Shown: positions 1 through 9,157, counted from the stretch's first letter. The stretch: DNA of 64,000 nt from Clostridia bacterium (GCA_017482195.1 JAFUNM010000006.1:1184-65183), one strand, 5' to 3'. Notes: generated from the letters alone by a model not told the origin. Translations and numbers: made by a program.

Positions 1-1089
1 TTGAATATTCTGCACCACCTTTGCAGTAGAGGTTGTCTCTCCTGCATCGCCGCTGCTGACATTCCAGTCGAAATAGCGAAATCCTTTTTCGGTGAGTGCC
101 ACCGACAGACGGGACATAATGCCGGGATTGAACCGACTGACGGTATTGGAGCTACCGCCGGGAAATCGGGTCAGCATGGTCGTGACACCGGTCTGGTTCT
201 GAATGATATTCTGCATAGTATACAAATCATTGAAAAAAGCCTCTTCGCTGGCATAGATCTCCCGGTAGGTATGGGTAGCGGAATGAATGCCGATGGCATG
301 GCCCTCATTGACCATACGGCTCAAGAGATCATAATAACCGTTGTTGATAACAAAAAAAGTGGCTTTAACATTATATTTTGCCAGAATATCCAACAGTTTC
401 GCCGTATAGGGGCCGGGACCGTCATCAAAGGTCAGATAGATCGTCTTTTCTTGAGGCTGTACCGTATTGGGGGCGGTGACGGTGGTTGAAGGTTTTGCCA
501 CCACAACGGGGGCCTTCACCTTGACGGTACGGGTAGCAGAGTGGGCGGCATTGCCGCTGCTATCGGTAACATTATAAGTAAGAGTATAGGTGCCAGCTCT
601 GGAAGTATCCACCTCCCCGGTAACCGTCACCTTTGCAGCAAGATCACCATCATAATTATCTAAAGCGGATACACCGGGATCGGTAAAAGAATCGCCGCGA
701 GTGAGACTCATTTCCGCATCGCCCGCCAAAGTGAGAACGGGGGATTGGGTATCCACCACCGTAACAGTGCGGACGGCAGAGCCAATCTGTTTCCATTTGC
801 GGGCGATATAGTTTACGGTATAGGTGCCCGGTTTTTGGGTATCCACCGCGCCCTCAATATAAGGCACAAAGGCATCGCTTTCTTTCATAAAAAAATTCCC
901 GCGCAGGTATGCATCGGCACCTGCCTCCGTATAAGAAGACCCCACTTCTAAGGTAAGGGTCTCCTCCCCTTTCAATTCCACATCCACATGGAAATCATTG
1001 GCGAAAAACAGCCCGATGCCCGCTCCCGCCAAGATCAGCAGCGCGGCAAGAGTGATGATTCCCCATTTTAATGCAACTTTTGTATTCAT
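1..1089 (-). CDS. Polysaccharide deacetylase (NodB homology domain) with N-terminal membrane anchor and two Ig-like DUF5011-type repeats; 3' end runs off the window
   Basis: The minus-strand frame is open from base 1 to the ATG at 1089-1087. It is absent from the supplied track because no stop lies in the window. My translation: MNTKVALKWGIITLAALLILAGAGIGLFFA (anchor) ... VDTQKPGTYTVNYIARK ... VDTSRAGTYTLTYNVTDSSGNAAHS ... TIYLTFDDGPGPYTAKLLDILAKYNVKATFFV ... GHAIGIHSATH (NodB TFDDG and His motifs). The + ORF 1..489 is its antisense shadow. Confidence 0.85.
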   Translation of the reverse strand, partial: MNTKVALKWGIITLAALLILAGAGIGLFFANDFHVDVELKGEETLTLEVGSSYTEAGADAYLRGNFFMKESDAFVPYIEGAVDTQKPGTYTVNYIARKWKQIGSAVRTVTVVDTQSPVLTLAGDAEMSLTRGDSFTDPGVSALDNYDGDLAAKVTVTGEVDTSRAGTYTLTYNVTDSSGNAAHSATRTVKVKAPVVVAKPSTTVTAPNTVQPQEKTIYLTFDDGPGPYTAKLLDILAKYNVKATFFVINNGYYDLLSRMVNEGHAIGIHSATHTYREIYASEEAFFNDLYTMQNIIQNQTGVTTMLTRFPGGSSNTVSRFNPGIMSRLSVALTEKGFRYFDWNVSSGDAGETTSTAKVVQNIQ

Positions 1090-1108
1090 CAGCCCAACTC
1101 TTTTCTCT

Positions 1109-1148
1109 TCAAAAAATAATGCCGAAAGCGGTTGCTTTCGGCATTATT
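1109..1148 (-). terminator. Rho-independent terminator downstream of the PHP pseudogene
   Basis: Inverted repeat aataatgccgaaagc / gctttcggcattatt (1115-1129 / 1134-1148) with loop ggtt. It is followed on the minus strand by a T-run (A-run 1109-1116 on +). Confidence 0.75.
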
Positions 1149-1170
1149 ATAACATTTATTTTACAGTAAA

Positions 1171-2041
1171 TCAACCTAATTCGCGGCGATAAAGCTTCAT
1201 GAAATTCTCTTCATCGATATAGCCCTCACCGGGATCGGCTTCATGGTAACCGCCCAAAAGACCGCTATGGTCGATGCCGCCCAGTTTATAAAGATTATGC
1301 TCATCGCAGACGCGGTCAAAGAACACCTTTTCCTCGGGATCCATATCAGGATGGTTGACCTCAAATCCCATGACGCCCATTTTGATATACTTTTCGGTCT
1401 CTTCTTTGAAAAAGTAACTCGCTTTTTGGGTAGGATGGGCAATAATGGGAACGCCGCCGGCATTGCGGACGATCTCAATGACCTTCTCCGCCGGCTCCAG
1501 ATCATACCCGTTTCTCCGCTTGATTTCTAATTGGGGTGGCTTTATCACGGGTGAAAAGGGGACAAACCTCTGTTTCGATCTCCTCTTCGGTATAGATGCC
1601 CTTCTCAACCATCAGACGGAAGACCCACTGGTTGCAAAGATAAGTAATATCGGGATAAGCATCCTCCACGTCCTGCCAGGTGATGCCGGGACGCAGAAGC
1701 CCTTTTTCTTCGGCTTCCTTAAAACAGGTCCAGGTATAATCTCTCATGCGGGAGGACTGACGGGCTAGATATGCACGCATCTCTTTATTCTCGGGATCGA
1801 AATCGATGGTGACCAGATGCATTCTTCCGAAAGAGGTGGTCACACTGGGCTCCTCGGCGATCATGGTGAGGATCCCCGCCTTACGGCAGGCGCGCTGAAA
1901 ACGGGCGTAGCCGGCGATGGTATCGTGGTCGGTAAGGAGCATCGCCTTATGACCGATCTGCTGACCCAATTCGACCAATTTTTCGGGACTCCACAATCCG
2001 TCGGAAAGATCGGAATGCAAATGAGTATTGGCAAAATACAT
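1171..2041 (-). pseudogene. PHP-domain phosphoesterase paralog, split by a frameshift
   Basis: Track ORFs 1502..2098 and 1171..1608 are the N- and C-terminal parts of one PHP protein collinear with the intact neighbour 2121..3050. Shared blocks are MYFANTHLHSDLSDG ... GILTM and then, in another frame, GGVPIIAHPTQK ... GVMGFEVNHP ... YKLGGIDHSG ... EGYIDEENFMKLYRRELG. The frame switch maps near the G4/C4 run at 1533-1536. The likely start is ATG 2041-2039, preceded by AGGAGG. Confidence 0.7.
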
Positions 2042-2120
2042 TGAAATCGTCCTCCTGATAATAACAAAATGGCGGAAGGAGTTTCCTTCCGCCATCATTA
2101 TAGCACAGTCTTTTTAAAAA

Positions 2121-3050
2121 TCAACCCAATTCCCGATAATAGAGTTTCATAAAGTTTTCCTCATCGATATAACCTTCGCTGGGGTCTGCTTTTTCATTGG
2201 GAAGGATACCGCCCAAACGATATTTGCTCAGCGCCCAAGGATCGGGGCCGCCCTCGCCGGTAAAGCCGCCGATCACACCGCTATGATCGATACCGCCCAA
2301 TTTATAAAGATTTCTCTCTTCACAGACGCGGTTATAAAACGCCTTTTCTTCTTCGCTCATAATGGGATGGTTGACCTCAAAGCCCATGACACCCATCTTG
2401 ATGTAATTATCCACTTCTTCTTCGAAGAAATACTTAGCAAACTTGGTGGGATGTGCCACAACGGGAACACCGCCGGCATCCCGAATGATGCCGATCAATT
2501 CCTCCGCCTGCAACTGATCATGACACTGCGCCTTGATCGCCATGGCGGTGGCTTTATCTCTCTTAAACAGATCCTCGGTAGCAAGAATCTCCTCCTGAGA
2601 GTAGCCACGCTCGCCCATCAAAGCGGCGATCCAATGGCGGCAGATATAATCCACGCCCTGATCGGCGCAATAATTCTCCACATCGCTCCAGGTAATCCCG
2701 CGCAAAGCGCCCTGCTCCACCGCCTCATTAAACATCACCTTATGGTAATAGGTCATACGGGCAGCGTACTTTGCCACCATCTCCCGAAGACCTTTATTCT
2801 CGGGGTTGAAGTCGATGCCCACAATATGAACACGGCCGAAAGAAGAATAAGCACCGGGCTCGATGGCACGCAGGGTCAGGATCCCCGCCTTGCGGCAGGC
2901 GCGCTCAAAACGGTCAAAGCCCGCCATGGTATCATGATCACTGAGAAGCATTGCCTTATGACCGAACTGCTTTCCCAATTCTACCAAATATTCAGGGCTC
3001 CACACTCCGTCAGAAAAGTACGAATGCATATGGGTATTGGCAAAATACAT
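2121..3050 (-). CDS. PHP-domain metal-dependent phosphoesterase
   Basis: MYFANTHMHSYFSDGVWSPEYLVELG...LLSDHDTMAG (H-x-H ... D-H PHP motifs) and C-terminal GVMGFEVNHP...GGIDHSG. I chose the ATG at 3050-3048 because AAGGAGG lies 7 nt upstream. The track start 3161 adds a non-homologous 37-aa extension that runs into the promoter region. Confidence 0.85.
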   Translation of the reverse strand: MYFANTHMHSYFSDGVWSPEYLVELGKQFGHKAMLLSDHDTMAGFDRFERACRKAGILTLRAIEPGAYSSFGRVHIVGIDFNPENKGLREMVAKYAARMTYYHKVMFNEAVEQGALRGITWSDVENYCADQGVDYICRHWIAALMGERGYSQEEILATEDLFKRDKATAMAIKAQCHDQLQAEELIGIIRDAGGVPVVAHPTKFAKYFFEEEVDNYIKMGVMGFEVNHPIMSEEEKAFYNRVCEERNLYKLGGIDHSGVIGGFTGEGGPDPWALSKYRLGGILPNEKADPSEGYIDEENFMKLYYRELG

Positions 3051-3237
3051 AGAAAATTCCTCCTTATTTTTTCTATTCCCATTATACTTCATTATAACAT
3101 CATTTTCAAGGATTGAAATGTACAAATTCAATAAAAATATGGAGAAATCTCCTGAGTTCAAGACTTATGAAAATTGCTCAATTTTTTAAGCCGGAATCAA
3201 GGATAATTGGCGCCTTGGACGAAATGTTCTTTTTCTA

Positions 3238-3266
3238 TTGACAATTTATTTTAATTATGTTAATGT
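3238..3266 (+). promoter_or_regulatory. Sigma-A type promoter of the lysine/DAP operon
   Basis: TTGACA (3238-3243), a 17-nt spacer, then TAATGT (3261-3266), immediately upstream of the riboswitch. Confidence 0.65.
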
Positions 3267-3275
3267 ATTGATAAT

Positions 3276-3445
3276 GATAGAGGTGCACTTGCATCATCAG
3301 TATTTTTGCCTATGGCGCTTTGCCGAAAGCGAGGCAGGAAGAAAGGGATGGGTGCCGAAGACGGTTTACGGCAAAAAACCGATCTGGCAGCAGAAAATAA
3401 GAGTTCTGTTGCTGTCGCAGGAACTGCGGAGCGCTATCTTCCTAT
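3276..3445 (+). promoter_or_regulatory. Lysine riboswitch (L-box)
   Basis: GATAGAGGTGC at the 5' end, an AGTAT loop-E-like element, GAAAGGGATGGGTGCCGAAG core, and 3' GCTGTCGCAGGAACTGCGGAGCGCTATCT. These match the conserved L-box blocks of the B. subtilis lysC and T. maritima leaders (AGAGGUGC ... GUCGCCGAAG ... CUGUCA..GGAGAGCU). It sits upstream of dapA-dapB-lysC-lysA. The track ORF 3238..3525 is therefore not coding. Confidence 0.85.
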
Positions 3446-3485
3446 ATTTTGGCGGGGATCCTCTGCCAAAAACTTTGTGTAGTAG

Positions 3486-3520
3486 GATAGTTGCCGTTTC
3501 GCAGCTATCTTTTTTGTTTG
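3486..3520 (+). terminator. Riboswitch expression-platform terminator (attenuator)
   Basis: Stem GATAGTTGC / GCAGCTATC (one G-U pair) with loop cgtttc, followed by TTTTTTGTTTG, 17 nt before the dapA ATG. The 3' P1 strand GCTATCTTCC could alternatively pair with GGATAG of the terminator. Confidence 0.75.
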
Positions 3521-3537
3521 TATGAGGAGGAAATACA

Positions 3538-4425
3538 ATGTCCAAAACAATTTTTAAAGGTGTTGCTACTGCTCTGGTGACCCCCATGAATAAGATGGGT
3601 ATAGACTATGAAAACTACGGCAAGCTGCTGAACTGGCAGATCGAAAGCGGCATCAATGCCTTAGTGGCTGCCGGCACCACCGGCGAAGGCTCCACCATGA
3701 GCGATAAAGAGCATCGGGAAATGTTGGAATTCACCATCCGTACCGTAGACGGCAGAGTGCCGGTCATCGCCGGTACCGGCTCCAACGATACCGCCTATGC
3801 TATTGAACTGAGTAAATTCGCCTGCAGCGCAGGAGCCGACGGTCTTTTGATGGTCACGCCTTACTACAACAAAGCCACCCAGGGCGGTTTGATCAAATCT
3901 TATACCGCCGTTGCCGATGTGGTGGATAAGCCCATTATTCTCTATAATGTTCCCTCCCGTACCGGCTGCAACATTCTGCCTGCCACCTGTGCAAAATTGG
4001 CAGAGCATCCCAATATCGCTGCCATCAAAGAGGCCAGCGGAAATATCTCCCAAATTGCTGATACTGCTGCTCTGGTAAAGGGCAAGATGGATATTTATTC
4101 CGGTAACGACGATCAGATCGTACCCATTATGTCTTTAGGCGGTATGGGTGTTATCTCCGTTCTTTCCAATGTATTTCCCAGGGAGACGGTGGAACTGTGT
4201 GACCGGTTCTTCAAAGGCGATCTTGTCGGTGCCTGTGAGATGCAGCTGCACTATCTGCCTTTGATCCACGCCCTTTTCAGCGAAGTCAATCCCATCCCCG
4301 TAAAGGCTGCCATGGCCGCCATGGGATTCGGTGAAAATTACCTGCGGTTGCCGCTGACTCCCATGGAGCCGGAAAATGAGGCAAAGCTCTTAAAACTGAT
4401 GCAGGATGAGGGCTTGAAGGTATGA
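3538..4425 (+). CDS. dapA: 4-hydroxy-tetrahydrodipicolinate synthase
   Basis: AAGTTGEGSTMS, MVTPYYNK, ILYNVPSRTG and AAIKEASGN (Schiff-base Lys context). RBS GAGGAGG lies upstream. Confidence 0.95.
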   Translation: MSKTIFKGVATALVTPMNKMGIDYENYGKLLNWQIESGINALVAAGTTGEGSTMSDKEHREMLEFTIRTVDGRVPVIAGTGSNDTAYAIELSKFACSAGADGLLMVTPYYNKATQGGLIKSYTAVADVVDKPIILYNVPSRTGCNILPATCAKLAEHPNIAAIKEASGNISQIADTAALVKGKMDIYSGNDDQIVPIMSLGGMGVISVLSNVFPRETVELCDRFFKGDLVGACEMQLHYLPLIHALFSEVNPIPVKAAMAAMGFGENYLRLPLTPMEPENEAKLLKLMQDEGLKV

Positions 4426-5165
4426 AGATCATCATCTACGGCGTAGGCGGCCGGATGGGCAAAGAAGTAGCCAAGCTGGCAGAGGAAGGTGTACGCAATG
4501 CCTCTCTTCACGCAGGGGTAGACATCGGCGGAAACGACAGCGGTTTTCCCTGCTTTGCCACTTTAGAGCAGGTGCCTCAAGGAGCCGACTGCATCATTGA
4601 TTTTTCCCATCATTCAGCCACCAGAGCGCTTCTGAACTATGCCAAAAAAGCAAAAATACCGGTGGTTCTTTGCACCACCGGACATACCGAGAAAGAGCTC
4701 TCTCTTATTGAGGAGACCGCCAAGGAGATCCCGATCTTTTTCTCGGCTAACATGTCGGTAGGTGTGGCCCTTTTAGCAGAGCTTGCTAAAAAAACCGCCT
4801 CCATCTATCCCCACGCAAACATCGAGATCGTGGAGACCCATCACAACCGCAAGCTGGATGCCCCCAGCGGTACGGCACTGATGATCGCCAAAGCCATCAA
4901 GGAGGTCCGTAAGGCGGCCAACTTTATGATGGGCCGCAGCGGACAAGCCAAGCGCACCGAGGAGGAGATCGGCATTCACGCCATCCGGATGGGCAATATT
5001 GTGGGCACTCACGAGGTATTGGTGGGCACCGACAATGAGACCATCACCTTAAAGCATGAGGCTCACAGCCGTTCACTTTTTGCCGACGGCGCCATGGCCG
5101 CCGCAGAGTTTCTCTGCAAGCAGCCTGCCGGGCTTTACAATATGCACGATATGATTGTACTCTAA
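4422..5165 (+). CDS. dapB: 4-hydroxy-tetrahydrodipicolinate reductase
   Basis: MKIIIYGVGGRMG (NAD(P) fold) and VETHHNRKLDAPSGTAL signature. ATGA overlap with dapA. Confidence 0.93.
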   Translation: MKIIIYGVGGRMGKEVAKLAEEGVRNASLHAGVDIGGNDSGFPCFATLEQVPQGADCIIDFSHHSATRALLNYAKKAKIPVVLCTTGHTEKELSLIEETAKEIPIFFSANMSVGVALLAELAKKTASIYPHANIEIVETHHNRKLDAPSGTALMIAKAIKEVRKAANFMMGRSGQAKRTEEEIGIHAIRMGNIVGTHEVLVGTDNETITLKHEAHSRSLFADGAMAAAEFLCKQPAGLYNMHDMIVL

Positions 5166-5183
5166 AAGGAGTTTAACGAATTC

Positions 5184-6506
5184 ATGGTTAAAGTTTTGAA
5201 ATTCGGCGGCAGTTCTCTTGCAGACGCTGAGCAGTTCCGCAAGGTAGCCGCCATCATCAACGCAGAACCGGAGCGGCGGTATGTGGTTGCATCCGCCCCC
5301 GGCAAGCGTTTCTTTGAGGATGAAAAGGTCACGGACCTGCTGCTGCATTGCCATGCATTGGCCACCGACCGCAATCCCTTTGATGAGACCTTCCGCCGCA
5401 TCAGCGACCGGTTCAACGGCATCATCAAGGATCTGGGTCTTTCCCTCAATATTCAGCCGGAGCTGGATCAGGTCAAAGAAGCGATTCAAAACGGAATCGG
5501 CAAGGATTATGTTGCCAGCCGGGGTGAATACTTCAATTCCATGATCTTAGCAGACTTTTTGCAGGTTCCCTTCCTAGATGCCGCTGAGTGCATCTTCTTC
5601 GGAAACGACGGAAAGCTGGACTCCAAAAAGACTCATACGGTATTGGAGAATCGCTTAGCCATGATGCCCCGGGCTGTCATTCCCGGATTTTACGGCATTC
5701 TGCCCGGCGGCGAGATCAAAACCTTCTCCCGGGGAGGCTCCGATATTACCGGCTCTATTGTGGCAGAAGCCATTGAGGCAGACATTTACGAAAACTGGAC
5801 GGATGTATCGGGGATGCTGATGGCAGACCCCCGCATCATCGACAATCCTGCACCCATTGACATTATCACCTACCGGGAGCTGCGGGAGCTTTCTTACATG
5901 GGAGCCACCGTACTCCATGAGGATGCAGTATTTCCGGTACGCAGAAGCGGTATTCCTATCAATATCCGCAACACCAACCGACCTGAGGACAAGGGCACCA
6001 TGATCGTCTCCCACACTGAGGAGAAGAGCAAGGATCGCATCATCACCGGTGTTGCCGGGAAGACCGGCTTCACCGCCATCTATATCGAGCGGGATATGAT
6101 GAACTCCGAGTTAGGCTACGGCCGCAGAGTCTTAGAGACCTTGGAGCGCAGAGGCATCAATTTTGAGCATCTGCCCTCCGGTATTGATACAGTAACCGTG
6201 GTGGTCAACAGTAAGGAACTGGAAGGCAAGCTGGATCTTGTGGTCGCCGATCTGAAACGGGCTGTTCGGCCCGACACCATCCGGGTCTATGAGGATCTGG
6301 CCATGGTAGCGGTGGTCGGCCGCGGCATGATCAGTGAACCCGGTGTTGCTGCTAAAGTCTTTACCGCACTGGCAAAGGAACACATCAATATCCGGATGAT
6401 CGACCAGGGTTCCAGTGAGTTAAACATTATCGTAGGTATTGCAGCAAAGGATTATCTGACCGCACTCAAAGCAATCTATAAGGAATTTGAACCGAAAAAA
6501 CTATGA
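5184..6506 (+). CDS. lysC: Aspartate kinase
   Basis: MVKVLKFGGSSLADAE N-terminal kinase motif, C-terminal ACT-like region (MVAVVGRGM ... NIRMIDQGSSELNI). RBS AAGGAG. Confidence 0.9.
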   Translation: MVKVLKFGGSSLADAEQFRKVAAIINAEPERRYVVASAPGKRFFEDEKVTDLLLHCHALATDRNPFDETFRRISDRFNGIIKDLGLSLNIQPELDQVKEAIQNGIGKDYVASRGEYFNSMILADFLQVPFLDAAECIFFGNDGKLDSKKTHTVLENRLAMMPRAVIPGFYGILPGGEIKTFSRGGSDITGSIVAEAIEADIYENWTDVSGMLMADPRIIDNPAPIDIITYRELRELSYMGATVLHEDAVFPVRRSGIPINIRNTNRPEDKGTMIVSHTEEKSKDRIITGVAGKTGFTAIYIERDMMNSELGYGRRVLETLERRGINFEHLPSGIDTVTVVVNSKELEGKLDLVVADLKRAVRPDTIRVYEDLAMVAVVGRGMISEPGVAAKVFTALAKEHINIRMIDQGSSELNIIVGIAAKDYLTALKAIYKEFEPKKL

Positions 6507-7801
6507 TTTGTAAAAACTTAACCATCAGCACCGAAGGACATCTGCTCTTTGCCGGGCAGGATGTGGCATCTTTGCTCCGTGAATACGGCTCTCCCCTCTA
6601 TCTTTTTGACGAGGATCGCATCCGAGAAAACTGCCGAACTTATTATAACGCCATGAAAGAGGCCTTCGGCGAGAAGGCGCTCCCCCTTTATGCCAGCAAG
6701 GCAGCCTCCTTTAAGGAGATCTACCGCATCGTGAACAGCGAGCAGTTGGGAATTGATGTGGTATCCTGCGGAGAGATCTATACCGCAAAAGCGGCAGGCT
6801 TTGATTTGTCAAAGACTTATTTCCACAGCAACAACAAAACCGATGAGGATATTGCTTTTGCCATTGAAAATGGAATCGGCTACTTTGTGGCAGACAACGA
6901 AGAAGAACTTTATGCCGTTGACCGCATTGCCGCTGAAAAAGGCATTTGCCAGAAGATCTTACTGCGGCTGACCCCCGGCATCGACACTCATACCTATGAA
7001 GCCATCAACACCGGCAAGGTAGACTCCAAATTCGGGTCTGCCATCGAGACCGGACAGGCAGAAGCAATCACCAAGCTCGCTCTGAAACTGCCTCATCTGC
7101 AGTTGATGGGGTTCCATTGCCATGTCGGCTCCCAGGTATTTGACTCCGACACCTTCTTCCGTTCGGCGGAGATCATGCTGAATTTTATGGCCGAGATGGC
7201 AAAAAAGCATCATTATATTGCCGAGGAACTGGATCTGGGCGGCGGCTACGGAGTACGCTATACGGAAAGCGATCCTACCATTGATATTGCCGCCAACATC
7301 CATCAGGTAGCGGACTGTGTAAAAACAAAATGCGCAGCATTGGGTCTCCCCCTCCCTGCTATCCGGCTGGAGCCGGGCAGAAGCATCGTTGCCGATGCCG
7401 GACTGACCCTTTACACAGTGGGCACCATCAAGCAGATCCCCGGATACAAAAACTATGTTTCGGTGGACGGCGGCATGACTGACAATCCCCGCTTTGCCCT
7501 TTATAATGCGCCATACACGGTGGTAGCGGCCGAAAAAATGAACGAAGAGACGGACTTTCATTGCTCGGTGGTAGGACGCTGCTGTGAAAGCGGCGACATC
7601 ATTCAGGAAAATGTAGCACTCCCCTCCACAATCAAAAGAGGAGATGTACTGGCGGTACTGACCACCGGTGCTTATAACTTCTCCATGGCCTCCAATTACA
7701 ACCGCATCCCCCGTCTGCCGGTGGTGATGCTCAAAGAGGGCACCGCCCGCTTAGTGGTCAAAAGAGAAACTTTAGATGATCTCATACGGAATGACATATA
7801 A
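6503..7801 (+). CDS. lysA: Diaminopimelate decarboxylase
   Basis: Fold-III PLP decarboxylase motifs: YASKA, HCHVGSQ, LDLGGGYGVRY, CESGD, GAYNFSMASNYN. ATGA overlap with lysC. Confidence 0.93.
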   Translation: MICKNLTISTEGHLLFAGQDVASLLREYGSPLYLFDEDRIRENCRTYYNAMKEAFGEKALPLYASKAASFKEIYRIVNSEQLGIDVVSCGEIYTAKAAGFDLSKTYFHSNNKTDEDIAFAIENGIGYFVADNEEELYAVDRIAAEKGICQKILLRLTPGIDTHTYEAINTGKVDSKFGSAIETGQAEAITKLALKLPHLQLMGFHCHVGSQVFDSDTFFRSAEIMLNFMAEMAKKHHYIAEELDLGGGYGVRYTESDPTIDIAANIHQVADCVKTKCAALGLPLPAIRLEPGRSIVADAGLTLYTVGTIKQIPGYKNYVSVDGGMTDNPRFALYNAPYTVVAAEKMNEETDFHCSVVGRCCESGDIIQENVALPSTIKRGDVLAVLTTGAYNFSMASNYNRIPRLPVVMLKEGTARLVVKRETLDDLIRNDI

Positions 7802-7829
7802 AAAGCAGGTGCATAACGCACCTGCTTTT
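7801..7829. terminator. Bidirectional terminator between convergent lysA and the LUD-domain gene
   Basis: AAAAGCAGGTGC ataac GCACCTGCTTTT, a perfect 12-bp stem flanked by an A-run and a T-run. Confidence 0.85.
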
Positions 7830-7832
7830 CTA

Positions 7833-8468
7833 TTAATAGCCTAATGTTTCGTTGACGAGAATAACTTTGATCCGTCCGGCCTGGCGCTGAGGGCCCTGCA
7901 CTAGGTAGCTGCAACAAATCCGCTGAGGGCTGGAACAACCGTCAGTCATATCACCGTCGAGGCCCAGACAATGACCGGTTTCTCTGCAATAGGTATCACA
8001 GGAAAGCCGTTGGGCATTGGCAGGGGCGGCAATGGTTTTAATCCGGCGGATGGCAGCCTCCAGATCGGGAACGATCTTGTTGACACCGGCGATAACAATT
8101 ACCGACTTAGGACCGAAGGTGAGGGCGGCGATACGGTTGGCATTACCGTCTACATTCACCAGTTCACCCTTTTCGGTGATCGCATTGGCCGAACCGAAAA
8201 AGCCATCGGCAGCGAAGGTCTGCTCATAGACCTTGCGAATCTCCTCCGGGGTGATCCCTTCGGCACTGCGGTCTAAAAAATTATAGTATCCGCTCTTCAA
8301 AAGATCCATCACACCGGTTTCCTTAACCGTTTGAGAACCACCCACACTAACGGTGGAGCCTTCCGGCATCAGTTCTTTGACCAGGGGGACAACTTCTTCC
8401 TTGGTCTCAACATAATAAGCCTCCATATGATTCTTTTTCAGGGCTTCTAGAACGGTTTGAATATTCAT
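7833..8468 (-). CDS. LUD-domain (LutC/YkgG-like, DUF162) protein with C-terminal Cys-rich tail
   Basis: MNIQTVLEALKKNHMEAYYVETKEE..., GGSQT, VIVIAGVNKIVPDLEAAIRRIK pattern typical of lactate-utilisation C-like proteins. Cys cluster CDTYCRETGHC...GCSSPQRICCSY. Confidence 0.6.
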   Translation of the reverse strand: MNIQTVLEALKKNHMEAYYVETKEEVVPLVKELMPEGSTVSVGGSQTVKETGVMDLLKSGYYNFLDRSAEGITPEEIRKVYEQTFAADGFFGSANAITEKGELVNVDGNANRIAALTFGPKSVIVIAGVNKIVPDLEAAIRRIKTIAAPANAQRLSCDTYCRETGHCLGLDGDMTDGCSSPQRICCSYLVQGPQRQAGRIKVILVNETLGY

Positions 8469-9103
8469 TTTAATTCCTCCAAAAGTTGATCCAATTCCGA
8501 CGCATCCTTTAAAATATAAGCGCCGGTTTTGCTCAAGATCTCCCGGTGCTGATGGCCTTTTGCAATCAGGGCACAGGATGAGCCAACATAATCAGCCAGA
8601 TCACAGTCCGTCGTGAGATCGCCGATAAATAAAACGGTTTCAGGATCGATATCATGCTCTTTTAAGTATGCGGAGGCCGCTTGCTCTTTACCGCCCAAGG
8701 AGCGATCCTGCCGCCCTACGATCCCTTCAAAATAGGCAGCGATCCCCCGTTCTTCGGCCTGCGCTACCAGGGTGTCATGATAGAGAGAGGAAAAAAGCAG
8801 CTGACGCATTCCCTTTTTAGAAAAACGCTCCAGTGCTTCCAGCACTTCGGGAAAAACCGGGCGGGAAAATTTGCGGCATTCCCGCTGAAATTCCTCTGAA
8901 ACATTGACCAGTTTTTCTGTTCTCATATCAAATCCCACACTCTCATAAAAGCGTGTAAGCGGTATCACAAGATGCAGGGTATACCATTCTTCGGTGATCG
9001 GCGGCAATCCCCGGCGGGTGAGCATGGCATTGACCGCCCCCACCGATGCACCCATATCATCCATAACGGTACCGTTAAAATCCCATATTAATGTATTGAT
9101 CAT
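8465..9103 (-). CDS. HAD-superfamily hydrolase (phosphoglycolate-phosphatase-like)
   Basis: Motif I LIWDFNGTVMDD, motif II LLFSS, motif III GGKEQ, motif IV FIGDLTTD. ATGA overlap with the downstream gene. Confidence 0.75.
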   Translation of the reverse strand: MINTLIWDFNGTVMDDMGASVGAVNAMLTRRGLPPITEEWYTLHLVIPLTRFYESVGFDMRTEKLVNVSEEFQRECRKFSRPVFPEVLEALERFSKKGMRQLLFSSLYHDTLVAQAEERGIAAYFEGIVGRQDRSLGGKEQAASAYLKEHDIDPETVLFIGDLTTDCDLADYVGSSCALIAKGHQHREILSKTGAYILKDASELDQLLEELK

Positions 9104-9122
9104 TAACTGTCTCCATAAAATA

Positions 9123-9151
9123 TGAAAAAAGAGGAACCAAAGGGTTCCTCT
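9123..9151 (-). terminator. rpmE terminator
   Basis: AGAGGAACC aaag GGTTCCTCT followed on the minus strand by TTTTTTC. Confidence 0.85.
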
Positions 9152-9157
9152 ATTTCA

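Noticed and set aside
1-489. Plus-strand ORF of 162 aa at the window start.
   Set aside because: It lies antisense, in the codon-aligned frame, to a clearly recognisable NodB deacetylase (TFDDGP, HSATH motifs) read on the minus strand. It has no motifs of its own.
3238-3525. Plus-strand 95-aa ORF (and minus-strand 73-aa ORF 3366..3587) upstream of dapA.
   Set aside because: The region is occupied by a promoter, a lysine riboswitch and its terminator. The ORF starts at the TTG of the -35 box and has no RBS.
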